Positions 24,256-38,515 of a DNA stretch of 64,000 nucleotides are shown in pieces. The notes below the pieces were generated by a model. It worked only from the letters and a program-made list of their open reading frames with translations, did not search any database and was not told the DNA's origin. The stretch comes from Octopus sinensis (Eukaryota). Location: positions 121,086,001 to 121,150,000 of the forward strand of contig NC_042998.1 of the NCBI RefSeq assembly GCF_006345805.1, in the 5' to 3' direction. The position numbers and the translations under genes were made by a program. Each line of letters starts with the position of its first letter. Positions within the stretch are counted from its first letter, which is position 1.

Positions 24256-24590
24256 TACACCTCAAATGCATTTATTGTTCCAGGCCAACCAATGACTTGT
24301 CAGTGAATTTGGTAGATGGTAGCTGTGCAGAAGTCCATATATATATTTCAGTGTGTTTTTATGTCTGTTTGTCACCACTCTGCCACAACCTGACAACCAT
24401 CATTGGTTTGTTTATGTCCTTATAACTTAGTAGTTCTGAAAAGGAGACTGAAAGAATAAGCACCAGTCTTAAAAAAAAAAAAAACGTAAGTACTGGAGTC
24501 AATTTGTTCAACTAAAACCCTTCAAGGTGGTGCCCTAGTGTGGCTGCAGACTTTGCTGGGCAGACTAAAACAATTAAACAATAAAAGATA
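24256..24590 (+). mobile_element. Decayed family-2 SINE, 3' portion
   Basis: GTGAATTTGGTAGA...GAATAAGCACCAG...AAAACCCTTCAAGGTGGTGCCCTAGTGTGGCTGCAG matches the element at 3337-3735. Confidence 0.6.
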
Positions 24591-26571
24591 AAGTTGCTAA
24601 GACATTTTCAATATAGTTCTTTCAACAACCTAGATAACTTACCCACCCAATAAACCAAATTAAATCATTTCACCCTAGTACCAACCCTCAATGTTACTCT
24701 TACTTTTCAGCCACTCAATTCAAGAGAGTGAGAAACTAACTAAAATGGCTCAGAATATTTGTTGAAATTAGAATATAAACTGAAGCTTTACACAAAATAT
24801 CACCAGTTTCTTACACATAAAGGTTCAGTTTAAACTTCTATATTGAACTTGAAATGCTAGTGTTATAAATTTGATTAACAACAAAGCAAAGTATTAAGGC
24901 GAGATTTCAATTTTGCCTTAATATTGTGCTGTTCTATCATTCATCTTCTAAACTGTAAAAATTCTTTAATAATAATAATATAAAAAGAATTTCTATGCAG
25001 TCACTTTGCTGAAGGATGATTATATATTTTTGTAAAGAAGAATCTCTTTAAAGTTAGAAAGTTGGGGAAAACTGAGACTTTGAAATTTCTTGTATCACAT
25101 TTCAAAACTGGCTGGTCTTTAACAGTAATTAAACTTTGCAGGATGAAAACAGCAATTTTGTTGTTGTTATTGCTGTTACTTTTAGTGCCAGAATAAAAAT
25201 TAAAAAATACTGCAAATCAAAGGGGTGTTAATCATCTCAACCTACCAAGTAAATAACATCCAACAAAAAAGCTTCTATATGGTCGCCTGATCTGCTAAAT
25301 ATAGCAGCCAAATCTCCCGCAGATCACACTCTACAATCTTAAAAAGGGAAGGGCACATTGTTGGATAATGTAGTCTTAGATACAAGTTGTCTGAAGAAAA
25401 GACAAGGTCATTGCTGGAAACCCCCCCCCCGTAAACATACACAGGCCTACTTGACCAGAGTTGACCTAATAGCAAACAATAGCTACTAAGTAAATAAAGA
25501 CATCACAAGCATCGGTGGCTTGTATCCAAAAGAAAAGTTAAAAATGAGAAAGCAGGGATTTTGCTGAAGAGTGCCTAATTTCTGATATTAAATCTCATTA
25601 AGATGGTGTGTTGGTAGATAGGGTAAATTACAGTGGAATTCTATACTAAATCTCTTTCACTGAATTATAGTCTTAATCCTTTATGTTTTCAGTTCAAATT
25701 ATGTTGAGTTGGCTTTGTGCTAAATTTCTTAGATTCATTCAATTAACTATATTCTTAAAGTATAGAGATTCTAGACAAAGGAAGAAATATATAAAACATT
25801 ATAATAGACTTATTAAAATTAAATATATAATGCATTATTAGATCTATCAAAATTTTCAATTATTTCTTTGGTAGAAAACCCTTATTTAGAAGAAATTGTT
25901 GACCAACTTCAATTAGCGTCTTAATTTATTAGCTCTAAAAGAATACAAGAAAAATTAAGTCATCCCAAACAGGTTTTGGCTATGAATTGCATAAGTAAAG
26001 CAAGTCTCCAACTAACTATTCTATTTTTAGACATATATATAAATATATTGCTTAATAGGAGAATAGTAGAGAGATGTTGACAATTTTCACTGAATATTTT
26101 AACAATTTAACTTCATTTCATTAATATTATCAGTAAGTGATAGGCTTAAGATACAAAGTAGAAGAATTATGATGGCAAAATAATCAATACTAATGTTAAC
26201 TGACACATTAAGATAAGTGTTTGGTTTGAACTACAGAAACAAAATGGTCATTCTGTGAAGATGTTAGATAACTGTAAACAGTAACTTAATACTATGTATG
26301 TGTGTATGGAACACTTGAAAGCATGTGACTATGAAGCACTAACTTAACAGCTGTGGGTGTGTGTGTAAAGAGCATTTGTAAATTTTGCCTAGATGAAGAC
26401 AAAATCTGACAGTAGGAGAGGCTTTTGTAAACATGTGACTATATTTTATTTATAAAGAGAAAGAAATAAAGGAAAGGACTTTATAACAACAAAATATAAT
26501 TTTCTAAATATACTGATTTTAATTTTCACACAAGGATAGTTGAATTTATCTCTGATATATTACTGCTGCTA

Positions 26572-29310
26572 TTTTTTTTTTAACTTCTGAGTCTATAGAA
26601 AGGAGTAGAACCTTTGAGCATTGCAGGTCCACCAAGACTGACAAGATTGATTCTATTGATGCTCCATTTAAACTGTTGCAAGAGATTCTCAATGTTCTAG
26701 GGATGAAGAGTTAAGCACTGTGGTTCATGCAGAACACACCAAAGTAGACAAGAAGTGGAAAGAAGAGTGGGTTGAGGCTGTCGAAGTAGTGAAGGTATGA
26801 GACCAGTGAGCTCTGAGAAAAGACAACACACCAATGTATCTGTTAGTAATAGAATGCCAGTCAGTCAAGTATCCCTTCTCAGGATATGATCCAGGATGTC
26901 CTCCCAGCAGTGACACCCTCCCAGATGTGAGTACAGTACTTTATTGTGAGCCTTCTAGAATGTCAGCAGCTGTTGAGGGCTAAAATATCTTCTGGCCCTA
27001 AAGCGAAAAAGGCTAGTCTTTGGAATCCTAGCTAGGCTAAAAACATGCTTTTGCTAGGAGACATCTTTTGTGAAAGTAAGGCCTAGCATTTGTGATGGCG
27101 ATAAGAGCTCAAGCTAAGTACCACTTACATTTAGAGGGAGGGGTGAGGCAGTAGTGTTTTCTCAATAAGTATTACTCAAGTTTTTTTGCTGTTAAAGGAG
27201 ACAAGGTCACCTGACCCCACTGAAAAATGCTCTTAAAGTCTCCATTAATGGAATCAATGCAGGTTTGGCATATTGTGTCTAGTTTGTGTGTGAATGATGC
27301 ATGGTTAGGAAAGATTAGGAAGGAATAAAGGGTTGTGTTAACTGCATAAGAGTAGGTATTGTTAAATGTGGCAGCGAGTTGCACAGAAGGAAGAGAGTAG
27401 GGGACATAACCAAACCCTTGGGAACATTAGAGTTGAGAGTGAGGTGGGAAGAGTTAATTCAGTACATGCTAAATGGCATGATGTGATAGGAAGTTACCAA
27501 TCCAAGAGATAAGAAATGGTTGGAGCCCATGGGTGGAAATTTTTGATAGAAAGTTTACATGCCAGACATTTCCAAAAGCTTTGCTGATAACTAGAGTAAC
27601 AACACCGCTTTTGCCAAACTTCTTTAGAAGAACAGTCCACTGGTGAGTGAAATAAGAGAATAGGTCTCCAGTGGATCTGGCTCTACAGAAACTATACTGA
27701 TAGTGACTGAAGAGAGAGAGAGAGAGAGAGACAGAGAGAGAGAGGAGATGGAGAAAATCATTGTTAATGATTGTTTCCATTATCTTGGAGATATTAGAAG
27801 TGAGAGCAATAAGGCAATAGTTAACTAGGTTGGAGGGGTTGTTTACTTTAGAACAGGACTCACTGAAGCATGCTTCCAAATGTCAAGGTATAATCTAGTA
27901 AAGAGCAAGAAAAATTAAAGAGTTTGGTAAGTTTGGAGCAAGTTCTGGGGCACATTGTTTAAATGTAATGGAAAGGGCATTGTCAGGACAGGTGGCTTTG
28001 TTTGTTTGAAGTAGCTAGAGGCATTTCTGCACTTGACATATGTATAAGCTGTGTGAGAAGCCTATTGAAACAGAAATGGAAAGATTTGAAGAGCATTGGC
28101 CAAGGATGTGAAGTTGGAAACAAAACAGATGGCAAAGGTAGAGGCTTTCTCCATTAGGGTACTGCTTACGAAGTATCCTTATATAGAAGGAGAGGTAAAC
28201 AGAGTTGGTGTAAATCTTTTTGACAAGGAACCAAAAGGATCAGGGCATCAGTAGCATACCAGAGTTACAAGAGTTGCACTGCTGAGTGAACACCATCCAG
28301 GTTTCTTGTGTGGGGAATGTGAAGGAACATGGTTAAAAGGATAGTTTTAGTTACCAATATAACTGTTTCTGAAGGATCAGGAGTGAACCTGTGTGCTGCC
28401 AGGGATAAGTAGCATAAAACCAGTGGAGTTGACCAATTGGCTGGTTTGAAGTGCCATAAGGTCCAAGGTAAATAGAATGTTGTGTGGTATGTGGTTGTGT
28501 GCTGAGCAGTTGTGATAAAGTAGTGGCTGGATGACCCTATGGATGCAGAGACTGTTATGCCTAATAAAAGAGGTCAAGGATGTTTGTAGTTTCTAAGCAA
28601 TGGTCAGGAATGTAAAGAGGGAATGAAACAAGATAGTGTAAAAAGTTAAGAACAACACAGGATTTTGCTTCTACACCAGTCATGAGTGTGAAATTTACGA
28701 GGAGTTAACAAGGATGATGAAAGGGAAAGGCAAAATATATATTCTCAATGTAGAAGGTGCAATAGTCAGAGTAGCTGGTAGTCTAAGAACTTCAGAGAAC
28801 AATACAGGGAACAGATGTATTTGGGGGAATGAGGAAGTGAGATGTTGAGCTAGAGTAACTGGAAGTTACTGTTGCTGAACCTAGGTGATATAGGTGAAAG
28901 ACAAGGAGAGTGGAGTCTATGTATGTGCAGACACTACCTTTCAGAAAGAAATTTAAGTAGAGAGTATATCCTGGGCAGTGAAGATGGGTTGTGAATAGGA
29001 GTTAAGAAAGTTGTGCCTCAGGAGAAACATGATGTGTGATCTGTTTTGAGGGTAAGTAGTGGGGTGTGAGACCTAGGTTAGACAGAAGACCTCAGATGTT
29101 TAAGAAGAAGGAGAATAGTCCAATGGACATATGCTTATTTTTTGGGTGTTATAGGGAAGCATAGAGGGTGCTTGGATAGGTCATGGAAATCTTTGATCCA
29201 GACACCTGATCAGATGCTTGCAACAAGTGAACCCTGATAAGGATATCCAAGGGTTGGTTGTGGTGTTAAAGTTGGGCAGTATGATATGCCCACCACTGAA
29301 GAAAAAAAGG
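26572..29310 (-). mobile_element. Heavily decayed near-full-length LINE (APE endonuclease plus RT; L2/Crack-like)
   Basis: ORF 27469-27879 reads NPSN..NYCLIALTSNISKIME..YSFCRARSTGDL..VISKAFGNVWH. An endonuclease-like remnant (RGLLSNL...EAQLS) lies near 29000-29080 and an A-tail at ~26572-26581. Confidence 0.75.
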
Positions 29311-30249
29311 TATGGAAAAAATTTTGTTAAAGGGGGCTACATTAGTAAAAATAAAACAGGAATTAAAAAAAAAGAAAGGGGGCTACATTAATAAGAACAA
29401 AAGAAGAATAACAAGAAAAAAATAATTTTATTGATATATGATAATGGAGGCCAAAGTCCAACCTACAAGAACTAAAACATAACTAAATACCACAAACAGC
29501 TAAGCCAGCTGCCCACACTTTCTGTCACTTTACTTCTTTTAAATTATTTGATAGTAGTTTATACTATAACTACCAATAAGGCCTGTTGTTTGTAAGAAAA
29601 TTTTCTTATATTATTAGTAAATAGGCCAAAGAGTTGCAAAATAAATTGATCTTGGTAGGAAATTAATTCCAAAGAAGTGCTGAAACCTAACTATCTTCTC
29701 CCTTTACCAATGATGATGTAAAAGAAAGATTAACACAACTTTGTGTCTAAACTTCAGTTCCTTCATAGATTGTCAACTCTTTTGGCCTTTATTATTTAAT
29801 GTTCTCAGACACTATTCATTATCATTCCTGTTCTCTCTCTCAATAGAAAGTGCCAAAATTTCTGTACAGTCTATCAAACTGCCAAAAACAACAAAAGTTA
29901 AGAGACTTCTATACAGGAGCTTGCTTTGCAAGAAATATCAGCCAAATCTCCCTCAAATCATGTCCTACTGCCTTAAAATAGAATGGCACATTGGATGATG
30001 TAGGGCTAGATACACCTGACTGAAAAAAAACAGAACAGTTGGAACACCTTTGATGGGAGATCACCCAGAACAAGTGAACTGGTATTAAACTACAACAGTC
30101 GAGCTAATTTTCACCAATGTATTTTTCCTGCTTTTTGTTTTATATTAACCAGCTTAAAAACTTGATTTAAAGGCAATTAGTCATGCACAACTGAGAAATA
30201 AAAAATATATTGGTATGCTAGTTCGTCGTCATCATCATCATCATCTTTT

Positions 30250-30570
30250 ATCGTAATACTTCAAAGACTGAATACATCTATTTCAATTACAAGGGCTCAA
30301 TGAGAACAATTAAACAAAATCTCCTAAAATCTGTGAGCTCCTTTGCATACTTTAGGAGCAACATCACATCAATAGAAAAAATTGTAAATCATTGATATCA
30401 TCAGAGCACATTGCTGGAGGGCAATGGAAAAACTAATTGATGCACTCTTTATGGACATTACAACTTGGACATACTTAAGTCAACTATCCAATAAAAATTA
30501 TATTGTGCAAACACAGGATGATGCCATACTAACCTACCAGACAATGCAAGATCATGATAGATGGTGCAAT
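30250..30570 (+). mobile_element. Ancient RTE-like RT/C-terminal fragment
   Basis: NTSKTEYIYFNYKG...SFAYFRSNITS resembles the RTE motif N..KTE.M..N....F.YLGS.I. Confidence 0.5.
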
Positions 30571-33500
30571 TGAAACCCAAATAAGTGCAACAAGATTATC
30601 AACTGTATCAAGAAACAGTGAAACAGTTCATATGATGTTTCAAAGTTTAATATATCCATATGGCATTTCAGGCAAAGACCTTTATGGGATAGAAAAAAAA
30701 ACACAGAAAAAATATTTAATGTTTAAGGTACTATTGAGCATACAGCTTTGTAAAATTTAGACAGCAAGTTACACATAGGTACCAAAGTAATGCTCATGTA
30801 TCTACCTCAGTGATATTGCTCATGGTAAACATATCCAATTATACTTAAATACTAAATACTGTTTAGGCAGCCTCAGACATCGTTATGATAAATTTCCCTC
30901 AAAAGACATTTTACATGCTTTTAAGCAAAACAATCTTTTTTATATTTTACTTATAAATCAATTTAGGTCAGTAGGGTACTGAAGCCAACACTTTACTGTC
31001 GCATTTGATATCTCTTTGTTGCAAGTTCAAATTCTGCTGGCATCAAGTTCTGGAGACAACATAATAAGTATAATTAATATACTTGATATTGATTTTTACC
31101 AACTATTTCCCCTTCTACACACCTTTTGTCACTCAAAAAAAAAATCAATTATAGAACTGAATGGACTCCTTTAAAGTGAACCTACAATTCTGAATTGCAT
31201 TGAACTAGATGTTGTTGTTGCTGTTTATGTGTGTGTGTGTGTTTGTGTGTATGTCTGCGTGAGTGTTTGTGCATGTGAATGTGTATTTATGATGTGAAAT
31301 ACATAGAAACACACATTATAATAAAGTCATCAACAATAATGGAATTGAGACCATTTATAATATAGTAGTAGTAAACTCACTGAAGGTGGACAGTGAGATG
31401 TTTATGTGTGTGTGGGTGTAGTTTTAAATTACTACTATGTACTAATCCAAGGTAAAATTTACATATTAAAATAAATGACACCTTATTTAATTAAAGGTTA
31501 CATTGTGCCAGGTGGTATGTTTGTGTTTTCATAGGCAGGCTGCAAAAACCACTGTAAATTTACAGTGAAATCAATAAATAATTCCCTACTGAACATATTC
31601 TATTCTAAAACAGTCTTAACGAATGACATATTTAAGCTCATCAGAGAAAACAGTTTTGGTAGTTGTGACAACAGGAATTGGTCTTGTGATGTCAACTTAG
31701 CATATGCCATCTAACAAAGAGATTCAGAATCTCTGTGTGACAATAACATAAATTACATCTTTTAAACACTGCATGGTTGTCGTTCCTAAAACTTATCAGG
31801 GCAACAACTAAAATGGACATATGTAGGAATGCTTTCACTGCTAGCTAATGAAATAAACATATTTAGAGAGAACTTCAAATATATTTTACAGCAAAGGAAG
31901 TTTCATTTTAATTTCTATATTCCCATAACTTATTTCACAAAGAAGAATGAAAATGTATAATTTGCATTATTGATATTTAGACCTAGTCACCCTTGACTGA
32001 GCAGAGACCTATAATCAAAGGTAATCCAACAATGACCATCCACCTCTTTTTTTTTTCAGGCATACTATATTCCTGACTATGTTAACCAATGAATCCATCT
32101 CTTTTTATGATAGTAAGAGGGAGATCTGTTACTATTTCTAACATGTAAGTCTCCCTCATTAGCTTGTATTCTGTGTTGGAATGTGATAGAAGTATCAAGT
32201 AATGAAATCTCAGAAAAAAAAAAGTAAAATTATAATAAATGAATTGATATTTCCAGACAAATATTAAAGGTTTATAACTGATGAGATAAAAAAAAATCAG
32301 ATATAGCATTACCAATATGGTTATTTTATAGTGTAAACACTGTAATATGATGTAACAAACAGTACAAGCAAGTATACACTACAATATCTTTATATATTAT
32401 CTAGTAATCTGATACAATATTTAATAATAATAATCTATAACTAATGATTACTTAGGTGTATGTCAATAAACATGTGTGTGTGTGTGTGTGTGCATGCATG
32501 TGTGTGTGTGTCAGTATGTGTGTGTATAAATACAAATGTACACTAAAACACACACAGCCATCTGTGTAAATCTGCAAAAGATTAACTGTAGTACTAACAT
32601 TTACCTATTACAGGTAATTCACACATAGGGTTTTTTTTTCTAATATTCCACTATGCCTCTCGTGTTTATTTCTTCACCATTGTCACATTCTCCTCCCAAT
32701 ATACCAAAGTTCAATGCCATTCAGTGGTACCTTTATACAACATTAGCATACATTAAATAACAGACTGTACAAGATCAGCAGCAATTTGTAACTAATACAA
32801 TTTGTATCTAATAAAACATGAAATAACAATAACAAAGATGTTAATTTTATCAGGAAGAGTGAACAAAATACACTGTCAAATTAATGTTTTTAAATATTCT
32901 CTTTTGATAAAATATATACTATTTTCTGTGAAATCTTTATATGGCAGAGTCAAGTTAAGAACATATGAAAAATAAACCATTTCTAAGTAATCTTTTCTCT
33001 TTAGAACAATACATTTCTCTAGCAATTTTATTTTCTAAAATGTACCATTTTAGTTTAAAAGTGATAAGAAGATAATTAACAAAAATACAGAACAAGGAAG
33101 AAACGCTACATGACAGTACACAAAACACTAACTAATATTGTGGAAAATATTACTTGATGCCATTTCTGATTCTCATCTGTGGAATGGTTGAAATACACAA
33201 GAATGGCACATTTTGCGTGAAGACCAAGATATCAATGATGTTCAGAAATGTCCACTATGATATAGCAAGCATTTCTATATGGCAGCTTAAGAATATGAGA
33301 CTGTCTGTTTGTGGCAATCTGTAGAGTAGCAGCAGAAAGTTAAATAGGCTCACTATTTCCATACACTAGCTGCTACTACTGCTGCTACTGCTACCGCTGC
33401 TGCTGCTGCTGCAGTAGTATCTATCAGCTACACAACAGTGTGAAACTAGAAGAAGCAGCCATAATATAATCAAGCAGGTGATTATTATCTGCTGCATTTA

Positions 33501-35849
33501 CAACTGCAGAGAAATTGTACATGATCAAGTGCTATGTATATTGTTGAAGATCCAGTACAATTTCCTCACAAACAGCAAATAATGGACACACTTGTCTGTT
33601 TACACCAGAAGAATGTCAAACGTGAAAATACAAAAAAAAAAAGCATTACTGAGTGCAACAATTAAAATGACATGAGAAATACATATGGAAACATCAACAA
33701 CAATAGGATGAGAGAAACATTATAATATTTATAGACAATCAATCAAAGTGGACAATCAGAACTACATATCATGTAATCATACAAACACATCATCAGCATA
33801 TAGATATTTGTAGAGTGAAATGAAAACTAATTTAGATGAAGAAATAATGAAATACTTATAAATGAGAAGAAGAAAAAAACAGCTAAATATGATTTTTTAT
33901 TTTTAATATGTAATTTTAAAGAATTAAGACTTGCTATAATAGGATACACTGAGATAAAGTATAGCTAGATAAAACTTTGAAGCTCAAGGCAGATTAAGAG
34001 GGCACCTGTATGTGGTTGCTCACCCTCCAAGAAAAAAAGCAACTAAATTTCCCTTAAAACATATCTTCATGTATAAACATGATTAATAGGAGTAGACACT
34101 TAAGTAATAGAAACCTTGACTTCATAGTCTATTTATATTTGTCTCTCTTTCCTAGAACTAATCATTTCTATTGGACACTAACATGGACAGCGGCAAAAAA
34201 TAAATAAATAAGTAAACAAACAAACCTTGTATTTTAAACTGAATAATCCTTTATATTTATACCAGATGGATGGTAGTAATCCTACAGCAGCTATTGATAT
34301 TTAATTAACATTTATAATAAATAAAGTGGTATATTTTGATATTTAAATGAGTTTTCTGGATGCAATTTTAGAAGGTTATATCAAAACATATATTTATAGA
34401 TAACAAACACATTGCCATGTTACCTATAGACTAGACCATATGTCAGAAAATCACCTTTCTAAAGTAGTTCCTAATTAGCAATGATTAGATTAAATAAATT
34501 TCTCAAGTTCAAGTAAAAAAAATAGGTTAGGTTAGTGTTTTATACATCCTGAGATAAGCTAATGACTAGCAAACAAAGCTCTCCCTTTCAAAGTAAAGGA
34601 AAATATGGCAGACAAAAGCACTTGCAAAAGTAAAAACATTTCGGGTATAACAACATGAATGCAATACATCTTAAACTTAACAGAATTTAAATTTCAATAA
34701 TTCACACAAATGACCCATGGACAATAACTATCTTTTGACTGTTGGGCATTACTTCTAACAAACAAATCAATTGCAACTAAAACATAAGAGTGTCATCAGG
34801 TTCCTTAATATCCAAATGAGATTTTAAAAACTTGCATCTTTGCTGTATTGAAAAGACAGGATGTGAACTACACATGAAAAAATTCTCTATGATGGTGAAA
34901 CATGACTAATAAAGAAAAATTTACAACAATAAGTTCTGAGGATTTCAACTAGTTAGAAGGAAGGCCCTTTATTCTAGGATAACTGAGTATCATCGACTGA
35001 AATGACTCCACGATATTACTAGTGTATTACAGGGACTTACTTGAGTCAATTTAAAACCCTGTGGAACTTGAAGCTGAAATAGTAAAGTATTATGTTAGTA
35101 CTATATCCTATAAAATAATAATAGCCATTGTGGTCTGGTACATTTGCATTAGCATCATTGTTGATAGAATATTGTATAATATTTCACAATTTGAAAGTTC
35201 AAATCAGATAAAATTCAAATTGGATATCTCCTAACATAATCACAAGTTGACCAAAGTCTTGTGAGTAAAATTTAGTAGATGGAGAATATGCAGGAGCCAA
35301 TTTGAAGAACCATTCTTATTTGTGGTAGGTAGACTAAATCTATTACTCAGTTAAACAAGTTCACTTGATCCTCAGGTACCTTTATCAGAAGATATGTCAC
35401 TGTTAAAGAGTAACTTCCTCCTTTTCTCTCACCAGTCTTGAAAACTCTGTTAAGGGTGATGTGTGCTCCCATACTTCTTCAAAATAAGTCAAAAATAAAA
35501 AATAAATGTCTCAGAAATTTATTGCTTGTTTAGGCTTGATCAACCTTGATCCAGTATATTTCAGATCACAGGGTTCCAACTGTGACTTTTATAATTTATA
35601 CAGACATGGTATATCTAAGATGACAAAAATCTAATGTATTTTTTAAAGCACTGGATTGTAATTGTAAAAGATTTGACAGCTATTTCTAGCAGATCAAGTG
35701 ACCACTTTCGTAACTGGCAAACAATGAGTCAACAAAAGAGCATTGAGCCAATGATAGAGCTTCTACGTAGTCACTCAATATGCTAGAAATAGCACCCAAC
35801 TGTCTCTTATAACACATCTTACTATATAAAAAACTGAGGACAAACATAC

Positions 35850-36070
35850 AAACAGTTTCAAATTTTGGCATGAGGCCAGGAATTTCAGGGGAGGGGTAAG
35901 TTTATTACATCAACCCCAGTGTTCAACTGGTACTTATTTTATCAACCCTGAAAGGATAAAAGGAAGTCAACCATTGCAGAATTTGAACTCAGAACATAAA
36001 AATGGATGAAATGTCAATAAGCATTTTGCCCAGCATGCTAACAATTCTAAAGTGGTGCAAGCTCACCACC
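35850..36070 (-). mobile_element. tRNA-derived SINE (family 1)
   Basis: Similar to 797-1008 (GAATTTGAACTCAGAAC, GTACTTATTTTATCAACCC). Confidence 0.7.
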
Positions 36071-37379
36071 TTAGAATAAAAACAATAATAAGGATCACCT
36101 TCATCATAGACATGAAGTTGAAGATTTATAGAATTTGTGAAATATGCGAAACAGTCTCAAGAAGAAATTGAAACTGAGAACTTACAATCATATCATAGCA
36201 ATAACAACAATTATAGTAATTGCTTATAGAATGGAATTTCCTGAAATACAGGAGATATTGGAGAAGGCGAATGCAAACAAATCTTATCTACACTAAGAAG
36301 TATTTTACTGATAACTTCCTGGGAAAATTTATGGAGAAAAATGTTAAAGTGTGACACTCGGGTTTTTCTAAAGTTCACAAGTTGAAAGTGGTTCCAACTA
36401 TAGACCAAAACTGAAATGTAACAGCTAGTTAGATCTGCTTGTTCAGAACTGACCTGAAGCAACACAATAACATAATACCAGTTAGGTCTGGTATTTATCA
36501 AAACTGACCTGAAGATACATAACAATACACAGCCAGTTAGATTTATTCAGTCAGAGCTGCTCTAGGCCTACATAACCACATAATGCCTGGTCTGCTTGGT
36601 CATAGATGACCTGGGGCTACATAACAACATATTCCCAGTCATAAAGATAGCAATACTGATTCTTTAACACAGCCACTACAACCAGGATAAAAAGCTGGAT
36701 TTTAACACAGTTCAGTGGAGATGTACTCTACAGGATTCAACCAATGATGATGGCAGTATTTAACATTTTCAGTGCACAGTAGAGTAGGCATAAAGGCAAG
36801 ACTACTGATATTTTACTTGTATGTCTCTTTTATGTTCTGAGTTCATCTCCTATATACATATATGTATGTGTTTACATATATGTATGTGTTCACATATACA
36901 CGTGTGCGTGTGTGTGAATGTGTGTGTGAATGTGTGTGTGTGCGCACGCGCATGTATGAACATGTACATATATTTGACTGTGTATAACATCATCCTCATT
37001 TTACGTCCATTTTACTATACTGGCATGGGTTAGGTGGACCTCACATCAACTCATTACTCATCACACTTTGCACCATCTGTCACACACAGTAACACTGAAA
37101 ACTAGCCAACTTTGTTCTTGTGCATACTCTACCGTGGTGGCATTTTATCATACCACCAGCACTAGGGTTCTTGCTTGTGGCTAGACTAACGACTACCTTT
37201 TACTTGTATCAGTTCTTATTAGCAATTACTGTCCTAGTAAATGGATAACCTGCAATGAGGCTTACAGAGGCTACTTCATAGTTTCTACAGCTTCATGCCC
37301 CTCCTATCAGTAACCACTTGACAGTGTATACCAGTTGCATTTTGTTATGTCATCAATACTACAGAAGTTCTTGACAGCA

Positions 37380-38515
37380 AGATTAAAGGGTCTCCTCTGC
37401 AGGCGGTACTGGCAATGGCCATGCTCAAATGGTGTTTTTTTTATGTGCCACCTGCACAGGAGCCAGTCCAGCAGCACTGGCAACAACCTCGCTCAAATGT
37501 TTTTTTATGTGCCACCAAGTGCCTGTAAGGCGACCATGGTAACAATCACACTTGAATGGTGCTTTTCACGTGCCACTGGCATGGAAGTCAGTTAGCTGCA
37601 CTGGCAACGATCACGCTCGGATGGTGCTCTTAGTGCTCCACTAGCACAGATGCCAATCATCGAATTTGATTTTGATTTCACTTGCCTCAACAGGTCTTCA
37701 CAAGCAGAGTTTAGTGTCCAATGAAGGAAAGGTACGCATAAGTGGGCTGGTTACACCCCTGGCATAGGCCACAAGGTAATGGTCTCACTTGGCTTGCAAG
37801 GTCTTCTCAAGCACAGCATATTTCCAAAGGTCTCGGTCACTAGTCATTGCCTCGGTGTGGCCTAATGTTCGAAGGTCATGCTTCACCACCTCATCCCAGG
37901 TCTTCCTGGGTCTACCTCTTCCACAGGTTCCCTCAACCGCTAGGGTGTGGCACTTTTCCACACAGCTATCCTCATTCATTCTCGCCACATGACCATACCA
38001 GTGCCGTCGTCTCTCTTGCATACCACATCTGATGCTTCTTAAGTCCAACTTTTCTTTCAAGGTACTTACACTCTGTCGAGTATGCACACTGACATTACAC
38101 ATCCATCGGAACATACAGGCTTCACTTTTTGTGAGCTTATGCATGTCCTCGGCAGGCATGGCCCATGTTTCACTGCCGTGTACCATGGCTGTTTGTACAC
38201 ATGCGTCGCACAGTCTACCTTTTACTCTGAGTGAGAGGCCCTTTGTCACTAGCAGAGATAAGAGCTCTCTGAACTTTGCCCAGGCTATTCTTATTCTAGC
38301 AGCTACACTTTCAGTGTACCTTCCCCCACTACTGACTTGGTCACCTAGGTAATGGAAGCTATCAACTACTTCTAGTTTTTCTCCCTGGAATGTGGCAGAA
38401 GTTGTTCTCTGCACATTTTCAGTGTTTATTGCTCCTGAGCATCTGTCACATACAAAAACTATCTTCCCAGTTAGCTTTCCTTTGATATTGCTGCACCTCT
38501 TATGTATCTGTTGTG
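37380..38515 (-). mobile_element. 5'-truncated RTE LINE (C-terminus plus 3' UTR with repeat array)
   Basis: ORF 37785-38579 contains HKRC..FVCDRC, EVVDSFHYLG, RIRIAWAKFREL and GRGRPRKTW, highly similar to 62200-62980. Confidence 0.92.
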
